DNA of 64,000 bases, taken from an uncultured cyanobacterium (GTDB lineage Bacteria; Cyanobacteriota; Cyanobacteriia; PCC-9006; JAAUQQ01). The notes under the pieces were generated by a model that did no database searches, was not told the DNA's origin, and saw only the letters and a program-made list of their open reading frames with translations. The DNA lies in NCBI GenBank assembly GCA_963718615.1, contig OY970368.1, positions 288,001 to 352,000 on the forward strand, in the 5' to 3' direction. The position numbers and the translations under genes are program-made. Below are positions 50,429-59,148 of this stretch, in pieces; within the stretch, counting starts at the first letter, position 1, and every line of letters starts with the position of its first letter.

Positions 50429-52969
50429 TTACAGGGGTGTAGGGCTAGAACCCAAAAAACCAGCGATCGCCTGTCCCTGATACCACATCTGAGTTACTAA
50501 CGTCTTCGCATCGCCCAATAGATTAGGCATTCCTAAATTGCCTAAGGTCGTTTGTGTAAAAGTGAGATCTTCCAATCCAGAAGTGATTGGGAAATAAACA
50601 CTATCTTCCGCAGGGTCAAAGTCATAAATTAGGGCATAACCAGACGGATCAATCCAGAATTGATCGGCTCCTGTTCCCCCCCAGAGTTGGTTGAAGCCAG
50701 AGCCACCTATCAGAATATCATTGCCGTCTCCACCGAGAAGTTGATCATTTCCACTGAGGCCTGTGAGGCGATCGTTTCCACCCAGTCCATGAATAACATC
50801 ATCAGAGTTATCTAAGCCTAAAATCTGATTGTCTAGATCGTTCAAAAAGGTAACCGTATTGGCGTTAAAGATCTGGTCGATTTGCCATTCAGCATTCCAG
50901 ACATCAAAGGAATCATGAACACCGATTTGATCCGCAAACATGAGATTAGCTAAATCCACCGCTGCTGTTGTAGATTGGGTTAGGTTATCGAGATTTTCTA
51001 GACTAAAATCAACCAACCAAATTTCTAAGTTGGCCTTTGTTGTAAAGCTGAGCTTGAGATCTGGACCAACTTGAGTGAGTCGTAGATTTTCAGCCTGAAA
51101 ACCGGAACCGATAAACCGCAAACTGTCGACTTCCTGACGGATTGCTTCGGAGGGCATGGTGCCTCGACCGGCACCGCCAAAGTTATAGAATTTGAAGACT
51201 CCGTTAGAATAATCAGAAATCTCCAACGTGTAATTGCCGCCTTGAAGGTCAATAAGAGTGGGAGCAGCATTAATGGAGTGAGAGGGAGGCGAGGTTGGAA
51301 TTGATTGAATGAAAGGACTGAGAACAACCGACTCGATCGGTTGCTCACTTATCGGTTGCTCACTTACCGGTTGTTCACTTACCGGCTGGGTCACGATGGG
51401 CTTAGCTAACTGGATGGGGATGATCGCAAGGGGAGCCTCTGGCTGCGTCTGGGGTTGGGCTGGAAGAATTGGGGGGCTGAGCAATGGGTCGACGATTGAC
51501 GGTTGAAGGACCACGTCTTGAGTGATGGCTGGGTCAATAACCGATTGTTCGGCAACCGATGGTTCAGTCACTGACAATTCGATGGCTGGCCGCTCGACTG
51601 TCAACTGTTTGATGACCAACTGTTCAATGGATGGCTGGTCGATGGATGACGTTGGAACGAATGGCTCGATGGGTGATGGCTTAATTTTTGATCGTTCAAT
51701 GGCCACAATCCTATCCGGTATGGCTACCCAAATTGGTCCCGCACCCGATTTAAGCGCAAGGTCAGGATCAATTGCAGCTAAACTTGCAGCCCCCCGTTCA
51801 ATGATGTTTCCTAGATTAGGAGCTTCTAAAGCAGAAGATGCAGGTAACGTAGCGATTGCAACAGATTCTTTTACAAGCCCCTTTGCAACAGATTCCTGAG
51901 GTCGAGAGGATATCGGCAGAACAGAAACAGGAATGGGAGAACTAGAAGCGAGTTGATTTCTAGGGCGATCGCCCCCCCCTACGATTTCTGGAACACCAGT
52001 CGCTCGAACCTGAACCCGAATTTCTGAGCCTCGTGAACTCAAGGAGGCTCCACGCTTGCCTGAGGGATTCCCTCGCTCAGGCGTTTGCAGCAACGTCAAG
52101 ATCAAGGCAGCAGATAGCGGCGGAACTACAGCTAAACGACTGACGGTAGAAGATTCCGAAGCCTCGCTTTCCCGCATGGTTAGCAGCGCAACTGCAAACA
52201 GCACCACAATCGCAAGCCAACCTTGCAGCCATTCAGAAAGATCAGTCCGTAACGCCTGGAAAAGTGGCGATGTTGTAACTGGCGTAGCTTCAGGCTGAAG
52301 GATAGCATCAGAAGCTTGCCATTTTCCGACTTCGTTGGGACAACTGGGATAGCTAGGATGAGAGCGAGAACTGAATTCGGTGACAAACTTGCGTAAATCT
52401 TCTAAAGACCAAATCCAGTCGGGCGAGCAAATGCCTGTAGCTTTTTGCTGATAAACCGACGTATTCAGAGCCAGCAGAATAAAGGTAGGATAGGCTCCCG
52501 CCGAGGGGGAATCGGCGGATGGGGTATTCAGCCTTTGGAGCAGTTTGAGCTCCAAAACTTGAATATCCACTGAATCCTGTTGGATCGGAAGATAGATGCT
52601 GGGGTCGGGTTTAGGGGGATAAATCCCGACAGCTGTGAGTTGAGCGCTCAGTGCTTCTGGGATAGCAGCATCGGTGTCTTCGCAAAACAGATAAGCCAGG
52701 GAAACTCCCCAGAAGTTTACGGCGGCGATCGCCCCTTCTTGAACTGCTGCGGCTGCGGTGGTTACACAGCATTCAGCTTTAACGGAAAGGGCGGGAAGGC
52801 TGCGATCGCCGACTCCTAACCAAGTCAGTACATCACTTCCAAGAATTAAAACTAGAGCACTACCGGCGGGGGGGCTTAAGGAGCGTGCCACGGTATGGAT
52901 GACCCTCAGCGAATTCAGCAGAATCCTTACGACATCAACAGAAGATATCAAGCTAGTCGCCTGATACAT
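50429..52969 (-). CDS. Large protein with TM segment, Pro-rich linker and C-terminal RTX (GGxGxD) Ca-binding repeats
   Basis: GLGGND, GLSGND, GGDGND, GGSGFN, GGTGAD repeats. Hydrophobic WLAIVVLFAVALL near aa 250. EQPVS repeats. Confidence 0.85.
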   Translation of the reverse strand: MYQATSLISSVDVVRILLNSLRVIHTVARSLSPPAGSALVLILGSDVLTWLGVGDRSLPALSVKAECCVTTAAAAVQEGAIAAVNFWGVSLAYLFCEDTDAAIPEALSAQLTAVGIYPPKPDPSIYLPIQQDSVDIQVLELKLLQRLNTPSADSPSAGAYPTFILLALNTSVYQQKATGICSPDWIWSLEDLRKFVTEFSSRSHPSYPSCPNEVGKWQASDAILQPEATPVTTSPLFQALRTDLSEWLQGWLAIVVLFAVALLTMRESEASESSTVSRLAVVPPLSAALILTLLQTPERGNPSGKRGASLSSRGSEIRVQVRATGVPEIVGGGDRPRNQLASSSPIPVSVLPISSRPQESVAKGLVKESVAIATLPASSALEAPNLGNIIERGAASLAAIDPDLALKSGAGPIWVAIPDRIVAIERSKIKPSPIEPFVPTSSIDQPSIEQLVIKQLTVERPAIELSVTEPSVAEQSVIDPAITQDVVLQPSIVDPLLSPPILPAQPQTQPEAPLAIIPIQLAKPIVTQPVSEQPVSEQPISEQPIESVVLSPFIQSIPTSPPSHSINAAPTLIDLQGGNYTLEISDYSNGVFKFYNFGGAGRGTMPSEAIRQEVDSLRFIGSGFQAENLRLTQVGPDLKLSFTTKANLEIWLVDFSLENLDNLTQSTTAAVDLANLMFADQIGVHDSFDVWNAEWQIDQIFNANTVTFLNDLDNQILGLDNSDDVIHGLGGNDRLTGLSGNDQLLGGDGNDILIGGSGFNQLWGGTGADQFWIDPSGYALIYDFDPAEDSVYFPITSGLEDLTFTQTTLGNLGMPNLLGDAKTLVTQMWYQGQAIAGFLGSSPTPL

Positions 52970-53159
52970 TCAATCTTATCGCGAGATGTGAATTCTGTTG
53001 GTCCTATCGGTCATGGAATCCACAAAAAACATTCTGCATTGAACGTTTTAATAGGAGAAATAAACTTTAAGTTTAATATCAATGGCTGAGGTCACTACTC
53101 TCGTGCATGTATTCCTGAGATCTTGACAGCCCCAATGAGCGCCCCGACGAAGGCTCCGC

Positions 53160-53864
53160 TTAGCCCAACGATTCGAGCGTCAAAAGCTCAGTCTCAATCT
53201 TTTCAAAAATTTGTAATAGATGGCCCAGGGGCTGATCGCGTTTGACCATGGGATAAATAGCGCGAATGCCAATGCCCAAGCGCTTGATGGCTCCAATTAA
53301 CTGCCGAAGATCAAGGCTGTGGTTGTGGACCAGCAAAATTCCGAGGGTGGAAGTCAGCAATCCATCCACAGTTTGATGGGGGTAGAAATTGGCGAGTAAG
53401 CCCGAAAAATTCTTCCCCGAAATTTCACCCACTAAGGGGCGAAGCGCGTCAATCCCAATCAATAATTTTTTTAACGCACTGTTGAACCGGATGATTGACA
53501 TCGGGTCAGATTTTTCTAGGTGGGGCAAGATTTTGCCAATCAGCTGACCGACCCATTCCGCTGTCGCTTCATCCGTGTCATTGAGCAGCCGTCGAATCGC
53601 CGGAGAATTGAGGGCACTTTCGCTCTCTTGACTTTCGAAACCCAAGATATCATTGGCTGCTTCTGCCAATATCTCTTCCATCCAAGCATTAATGCTTTTT
53701 TCCCGCTGATTGGCTGCTTCGGCAATGCGCTGGTGGATCGTCGAACTAGTCCGGAAGGGCAAACGTCCAGAGAATTCTTTTTGACCCGCGTTTGATCCGC
53801 TTCCTTTCATAGAGGTATCCGCCCGACCTGCTGAGGCAGGAACTGCTGCCACATCTTTATTCAT
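53160..53864 (-). CDS. HicB-type ribbon-helix-helix domain fused to an unknown helical domain
   Basis: FSGRLPFRTSSTIHQRIAEAANQREKSINAWMEEIL matches the HicB C-terminal RHH signature (FSG.f.lR....lH..ia..A.....SlN.w...l). Confidence 0.82.
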   Translation of the reverse strand: MNKDVAAVPASAGRADTSMKGSGSNAGQKEFSGRLPFRTSSTIHQRIAEAANQREKSINAWMEEILAEAANDILGFESQESESALNSPAIRRLLNDTDEATAEWVGQLIGKILPHLEKSDPMSIIRFNSALKKLLIGIDALRPLVGEISGKNFSGLLANFYPHQTVDGLLTSTLGILLVHNHSLDLRQLIGAIKRLGIGIRAIYPMVKRDQPLGHLLQIFEKIETELLTLESLG

Positions 53865-54130
53865 GGATATTCATTGTCATCCCGATAAAACACCGGCTGC
53901 TTGCTGTCCCTGAGTCTGTCCGCAACAGCAAAGACCGGATCTGTCTTGACTGAACGGCTCTGGCCTTTGCTTTACTGGCCATTTCTTATTTTATAGCATC
54001 CATTGATATCACGCGTTGACAGAGTTTGCACATTTTGGTCCTGAAACGTCTAGGAAATCCAATGAGATTACGGTTCAATGCCCCAGGAAGATACCGTCCA
54101 GAGAACCCTTCTAAAATCAAATCTGACACC

Positions 54131-54158
54131 TTGACATGATATCATTTATTGATATCAT
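54131..54158 (+). promoter_or_regulatory. Sigma70-type promoter overlapped by two TGATATCA palindromes (third copy at 54004-54011)
   Basis: TTGACA (54131-36), 16 bp, TATCAT (54153-58). TGATATCA at 54137-44 and 54150-57. Confidence 0.65.
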
Positions 54159-54196
54159 ACATTTATCGACTTTGATAAAGGCTTGGAGGTTTCGAG

Positions 54197-54463
54197 ATGA
54201 CGATGCCTTGTCCCCCTGGAAGATGTAACTGGGTGAGTGACTCTCAGGATCCGGATCATTACTATTGCCTTAATTGTCAACAAGAACGCTGGGTTAACGG
54301 TGAACCGCAGTCCAAGTCAGCGTCCTCGCCCAATGCGGTCTTTGCGTTTGTGGTGTTTTTCCTGTTGCTGCTGGCGCTGTTGAGCGATCGCTTCCAAGCC
54401 CATAAATTCCAGCCGGTTCCCACTAATTCTGTCCCGGCTAATGCTATCTCTGTCGAAAAGTGA
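54197..54463 (+). CDS. Small putative Zn-finger plus single-TM protein
   Basis: GGAGG RBS. CPPGRC...YCLNC followed by a hydrophobic helix. Confidence 0.75.
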   Translation: MTMPCPPGRCNWVSDSQDPDHYYCLNCQQERWVNGEPQSKSASSPNAVFAFVVFFLLLLALLSDRFQAHKFQPVPTNSVPANAISVEK

Positions 54464-54536
54464 CATCAAATAATGATGTCGCTTAGAGGTCTACTTTGCT
54501 CATTCTGTCTTCTTTCATGCATTTGGAGTCCTAGTC

Positions 54537-55088
54537 ATGCTTGCGTCCTATCGAACCTGTGCCAAAAATATTCAGCAGTCCATCTACAATCACCCGGTAC
54601 TGCTGTCAGAAAATCCATACCTAAGCGTTTTGGTGGAAGATTCCACCTATTGGCCGCTGTTGCCCAGTACGATGCAGATAGGGGCGATCGAGCGCTTGGC
54701 TCGTCCTTATGCCTTTGTTCGGCTGAATCAGCGGTTTACGGAATATCGACTTTACGAAGCTTGTCTTCAGTTCATCGTTGATAACGCGATGTGTTACCAG
54801 GAACTGCTTTGTTTGGGCGATCGCGTTCAGCAACAACAGCTTCAAGCCTTTATGGCGGATTTAAGAGGCGTAGAGCACCAGCTCAATCAAATTTTGGACC
54901 ACGCAGAATATTGCCGCCTTTCACCGCGCGAATGTCGCTTTTTGGAGAATCTATTTATTCCCCAAACGGTGCCGCCAACTTCAAAGCCGATGTTTCTGGA
55001 TCCGGCACTGTGTAATCTGCCGCCGCGTTTTGGATTGTTGAATGGCGATCGCCCAGGCCGATTTGCTGACAAAGCCGATCACAATTAA
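54537..55088 (+). CDS. Hypothetical protein
   Basis: GGAG RBS, 183-aa ORF with HIP1 sites. Confidence 0.7.
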   Translation: MLASYRTCAKNIQQSIYNHPVLLSENPYLSVLVEDSTYWPLLPSTMQIGAIERLARPYAFVRLNQRFTEYRLYEACLQFIVDNAMCYQELLCLGDRVQQQQLQAFMADLRGVEHQLNQILDHAEYCRLSPRECRFLENLFIPQTVPPTSKPMFLDPALCNLPPRFGLLNGDRPGRFADKADHN

Positions 55089-55109
55089 ACTTCAATTCGC
55101 TGGAAATCT

Positions 55110-55526
55110 ATGAGTTCTATCCCACCTGCGATTGCCTCTCCTACCAAATGTCCACTCAAATCTCACAAACTACCTCTAGGATTGCTGGCGGGATTGGCGA
55201 TCGCGCTTACGCTGACAAATCCTGGTCAACCAGCTTATGTGGATTATGCAGCTGAACGACTGCCAGAAGAATTGCAGGAGAGCTGTGCGCTACTCGGTGA
55301 AGATATCACGATTGGTAGTTTACTGAATTTGCCGATGCAAGGATTTTGCCGTTCTGCCATTTATGGAGTGGATTTGCTTGCAAGGGGCGCTGCAAAACAA
55401 GTGATTGGTGTCGCAACTGAACGCCAAAACTTTGCGTTGTTCAGCCTCTACACAACCAAAGTTCCTGGGAGAACGTTCAAAACGATTGGTGTTGGAGGGC
55501 TGTTCTTCACAATTTATGGCAGATAG
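55110..55526 (+). CDS. DUF4359 domain protein
   Basis: TM then TNPG..AY.DYA, T.RQNF.LFSLY.T, TIGV.G.F. Confidence 0.82.
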   Translation: MSSIPPAIASPTKCPLKSHKLPLGLLAGLAIALTLTNPGQPAYVDYAAERLPEELQESCALLGEDITIGSLLNLPMQGFCRSAIYGVDLLARGAAKQVIGVATERQNFALFSLYTTKVPGRTFKTIGVGGLFFTIYGR

Positions 55527-55642
55527 CTTTGTTCTCTGTTTGATTTGGCTCTGACATTATAAGGTTTAGACTTTATCCCTGTATTTCGCAGCCCAATGGG
55601 CTGTTCGTCAACCATGATTACTCTATTTCAAGGCGTCATACC

Positions 55643-56467
55643 ATGCAGGAAAAAATCTCTATTCGTCCCTCCATTGCCCTTCTTATAAGCGGTATTGCCG
55701 TTTTGATTACCGCAGCAGCTCTCAAACCTGAGATATTTTCTTTACCTCGGATTTCGCTCACGATGGAGAAACGGAATCCGACGCCCAGCGCAAATATTTC
55801 TGAATCTCCTCCACCATCAGCATCTCAACCCGCACCTCAGCCTTCACCTCAGCCCACAACTCAGGTCCCTCTTTCAGCGGACTCTGGCGATCAGTTTCAG
55901 ATACAGCCATCTCCTGAATCCTCGCAACCTAAAACCGATTGTGTTGAAGGAAATCCAATGCGAACACAGGCTATTCGTTCCCGAGAATTAGCCGATATCG
56001 CTTACAGCCAAGAAAAAAATCTCCCAAAAACCTTGGAGCTTTATCAACAATCACAGCAAGAGTTTCGAATGGCTCGATGTTTTCAGGCTGCTGAGCAGGT
56101 TCAAATAGGAATTGATAAAGTTAGACAACAGATGGAATCTGCGCAACCGTCGATTTCATCAGAACCCTATGCGCATCAAGATTGTGTACCAGGCAATCCT
56201 AACCGAACTCAAGCGATTCGTACACGAGAATTGGCTGACATTGCCTACGATCAAGAGCACGATTTGAACAAAGCTCTAGAACTCTATAAAAAGGCTCAGC
56301 GAGAATTTTGGGTTGCTAATTGTTTTGAAGCTGCAGAACAGGTTCAAATTGGCATTGATCAGGTTCGTTATGAGCTGAGGGCGATCGCTCCCGCGAAGGA
56401 GACTGATACCCAACATCTAAGCAAAAACAACCGTGCGATTACAATAGCTGAAGACTCGATGTTGTAG
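55643..56467 (+). CDS. Exported/membrane-anchored protein with two Cys-bracketed ~60-aa helical repeats
   Basis: DCV.GNP.RTQAIR.RELADIAY.QE..L.K.LELY...Q.EF..A.CF.AAEQVQIGID.VR occurs twice. Confidence 0.8.
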   Translation: MQEKISIRPSIALLISGIAVLITAAALKPEIFSLPRISLTMEKRNPTPSANISESPPPSASQPAPQPSPQPTTQVPLSADSGDQFQIQPSPESSQPKTDCVEGNPMRTQAIRSRELADIAYSQEKNLPKTLELYQQSQQEFRMARCFQAAEQVQIGIDKVRQQMESAQPSISSEPYAHQDCVPGNPNRTQAIRTRELADIAYDQEHDLNKALELYKKAQREFWVANCFEAAEQVQIGIDQVRYELRAIAPAKETDTQHLSKNNRAITIAEDSML

Positions 56468-56473
56468 ATGCAA
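56396..56473 (-). repeat. Diverged duplicate of the purU 3' end and downstream flank (78 bp)
   Basis: Matches 57655-57732 with about 10 mismatches; encodes LHLQHRVFSYCNRTVVFA*. Confidence 0.9.
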
Positions 56474-56511
56474 ATACACTACAAAAGCTCCGGCATTGAT
56501 GCTTTAGCCTC

Positions 56512-56800
56512 TTAATCCATCAGCCAGTCAAAGAGCTGTTGAACCGTGAGGGCGATCCTTCGGAGCTTGGCGAAGCCAATCGCATCTGCAAAGTCCGGAA
56601 CGGGTAATTGGACTTGTGGCTGGTCAAAAAACTGTGGCGTTTGATTGGGTTGGTAAGCAAAAACACCAGATTCCTGGGGATCGATCATCCAACCCATAGC
56701 AGTGCCGTGTTCTAAGCAGTGGAGGATATTGCGGGTGACTTTTATTTGGCTTTGGTCAGGGGAGAGAACGATACCTGTCCAAGTGTTAACAATTGGACAG
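56512..56800 (-). pseudogene. C-terminal fragment of a Uma2 endonuclease
   Basis: LSPDQSQ.KV..NILHCL.HG..MGW.IDP...LPVPDF. The N-terminus is missing. Confidence 0.78.
56552..56583. repeat. SDR5-like 24-bp insertion in a HIP1 site
   Basis: GCGAT-CCTTCGGAGCTTGGCGAAGCCAAT-CGC. Deleting 24 bp regenerates GCGATCGC in frame. Confidence 0.65.
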
Positions 56801-56815
56801 ATATCATCTCCAGCC

Positions 56816-57607
56816 CTAGCGATCGCCCCGCTGCCGCAAATACTCCTCCATCCAGGCCAACTCTGCCTCCGGCCATCCCGGCTTCGGCTCCTGACGATAA
56901 TCCACAATCAAGTCATAGCCCGCCTGCTCATACAACTCATCCAGAATCGATCGCAACACCACCAGCGGCTCCTCCTCCCCCTGTCGCAACGGCAATGCAA
57001 ACACCGGCAACGGCTGCTGCACATTAAACCCATACAACTCTGCCCGAGGCCGCTGCTCACTGCGACTTACCAGCACCCGATAATGACTCGGCACCAGATC
57101 ACCCAAGATCGCCATCGGCTCCCCCGCGTGGAGCAAATCAATCTCAATCAAATGGGTCCGGCTGGCCAATATCTGCTGCCGCTTGCGCTCATACTTTTCC
57201 CGTCCCAGCCCTCGCTTATTGACTGGTGACAACACCTCGATCGTCGTCACCACCTGCCCCGTCGCCACATCCCGAATTTCCAGGTAGCCCAACTGCACTT
57301 CCTCAGGCATGGGCACAATAACGGTGCTCGGGGTTGTTGGCATCACCACAGTGGCACTGCTCCCCTCTGTCGAGGTCTGGGGTCGGGCCACTGTCGAAGG
57401 GGTTTGCACCGATAAATCTGGCACCCCAATCAACAAAGAATTCAAGCCGTCTGTTTGATAGACCGCCTTCTCAATCGCCACCCGATAGGTAGGCCTCAGC
57501 TTCGGACCAAGGGCAATGGCAATCCCGCTAATCAATCGATGGTGAACATCTGGCCAAAGCTGGGGATGCTCCAAATATGGATCCATGCCAGGGAAGGGAG
57601 ACGGCAT
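56816..57607 (-). CDS. DUF4058 family protein (PD-(D/E)XK-like)
   Basis: MPSPFPGMDPYLE, VPDL, IEVLSP.NK, HLIEIDLL. Confidence 0.92.
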   Translation of the reverse strand: MPSPFPGMDPYLEHPQLWPDVHHRLISGIAIALGPKLRPTYRVAIEKAVYQTDGLNSLLIGVPDLSVQTPSTVARPQTSTEGSSATVVMPTTPSTVIVPMPEEVQLGYLEIRDVATGQVVTTIEVLSPVNKRGLGREKYERKRQQILASRTHLIEIDLLHAGEPMAILGDLVPSHYRVLVSRSEQRPRAELYGFNVQQPLPVFALPLRQGEEEPLVVLRSILDELYEQAGYDLIVDYRQEPKPGWPEAELAWMEEYLRQRGDR

Positions 57608-57675
57608 CACCGAATGCTCCAAATGATCTTGCCCCTAGCCTAGCACCTCTCTTCAAGGAAACTGATACCCAAAAT

Positions 57676-58530
57676 CTAAGCAAACACAACCGTCCGATTG
57701 CGATAGCTGAGGACTCGCCGTTGTAGATGCAATCGTACCGCGCGGGCCAACACCATTCGCTCTAAATCCTTACCCTTGCGGATCAAATCCTCCACTCCAT
57801 CCCGATGGGTCACCCGTTCCACATCCTGTTCAATAATCGGTCCCTCGTCTAAATCTGGCGTGGCGTAGTGAGCCGTTGCACCAATGAGTTTGACACCGCG
57901 ATCGTAGGCCCGGTGATAGGGTTTCGCTCCCGCAAAAGCCGGTAGAAATGAGTGGTGAATATTAATCACATGGGGAAACTGGGCCAAAAATGCATTGCTT
58001 AAGACCTGCATATACTTGGCTAAAACCACGAGATCGATATCGTAGGCTGCCAGCAATTCTAGCTGTTTCGCCTCTTGTTCCGCCTTGTTTTCCTTCGTAA
58101 TGGGAATGCAGTGAAAGTCAATGCCAAATTGTTCTGCTGTGGGGCGCAACTGTTCATGGTTGCTGAGAATCAACGGAATTTCAGCATTGAGCTCCCCGGC
58201 CCGCTGTCGCCAGAGCAAATCCAACAAACAATGATCCTGTTTCGTCACCCAAATGGCAATCCGAGGCCGTTCATCGGAAAAATGCAACTGCCAGTCTGCA
58301 TCCAGGGGTTTAGCAATCCCCTCAAAGGCTGGACCAATGATTTCGCGTCGTAGGTTGAATCCTTCAATTTGCCACTCAATCCGGCTGAGGAACAAGCCCG
58401 CTGTAAAATCGCGGTGGTGGTCCGCATGGATGATATTGCCCCCATTGGCAAAAACAAAGTTGGCTAGCTTTGCGACAAGGCCCAATTGATCTGGGCAGGA
58501 GAGCAGCAAAATCGCGGTAGGTCCATGCAT
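57676..58530 (-). CDS. purU: Formyltetrahydrofolate deformylase
   Basis: ACT domain SCPDQ.GLVA, INIHHSFLPAF.GAKPY, LDEGPIIEQ, NRTVVF. Confidence 0.97.
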   Translation of the reverse strand: MHGPTAILLLSCPDQLGLVAKLANFVFANGGNIIHADHHRDFTAGLFLSRIEWQIEGFNLRREIIGPAFEGIAKPLDADWQLHFSDERPRIAIWVTKQDHCLLDLLWRQRAGELNAEIPLILSNHEQLRPTAEQFGIDFHCIPITKENKAEQEAKQLELLAAYDIDLVVLAKYMQVLSNAFLAQFPHVINIHHSFLPAFAGAKPYHRAYDRGVKLIGATAHYATPDLDEGPIIEQDVERVTHRDGVEDLIRKGKDLERMVLARAVRLHLQRRVLSYRNRTVVFA

Positions 58531-58582
58531 AGGAAAAAGGGCAACTCTATCAAGGGCGTTTCTATTCGTACCAAAAATCGGT

Positions 58583-58990
58583 CTAACGGTCTGGATTCTG
58601 TAGATCTTTTTCAACTTCTTCAATCGTTCGAATCACGAGTCGCTTGGCCTGGAGTCGCCAGCCGAGTTTTTGGATATAGAAGGCGATCGCCCCCCCAAAA
58701 AACGTCGCCACCAAATCCAACGGCTGCTGAAACGAAATTCCAAAGAGGAGTCCCAATCCTGCAATCCCCCAGAACGGTAAGGCAACCGTCTGCCGCTGCG
58801 TTTCAATCAGCTTCTGTACAGGATCCGTAGGCATTTCTGCCAATAATTCTGCTTTGACCTCCTGCTGCTTTTGGGGCGGCAGCAAGAGACCGATTTTCCG
58901 CCGCAATTTCTCAATTTTTCGCGCATCAGTGCTGTACTGGGTCAGCTCGTCTTCCGCCATCAAAATCAGTTGTTCTTGTTGTGAGGCCAT
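58583..58990 (-). CDS. Conserved cyanobacterial membrane protein
   Basis: LMAEDELTQYST..RKIEKLRRKI and two TM segments. Confidence 0.8.
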   Translation of the reverse strand: MASQQEQLILMAEDELTQYSTDARKIEKLRRKIGLLLPPQKQQEVKAELLAEMPTDPVQKLIETQRQTVALPFWGIAGLGLLFGISFQQPLDLVATFFGGAIAFYIQKLGWRLQAKRLVIRTIEEVEKDLQNPDR

Positions 58991-59148
58991 CTGTTTTCAA
59001 CCTAAAAATTGATGATTGATTGAGGCATCGGGCTCCTGGGGACTGGGCGAACCATTCAGCCGCATGTAACCCAGTCCTTGAGTGTGGGACATTTCTGGGC
59101 CAGTTGTCTAGGGTTTTAGTAAAGCGCCCGTAATCCGACGATAATCCC

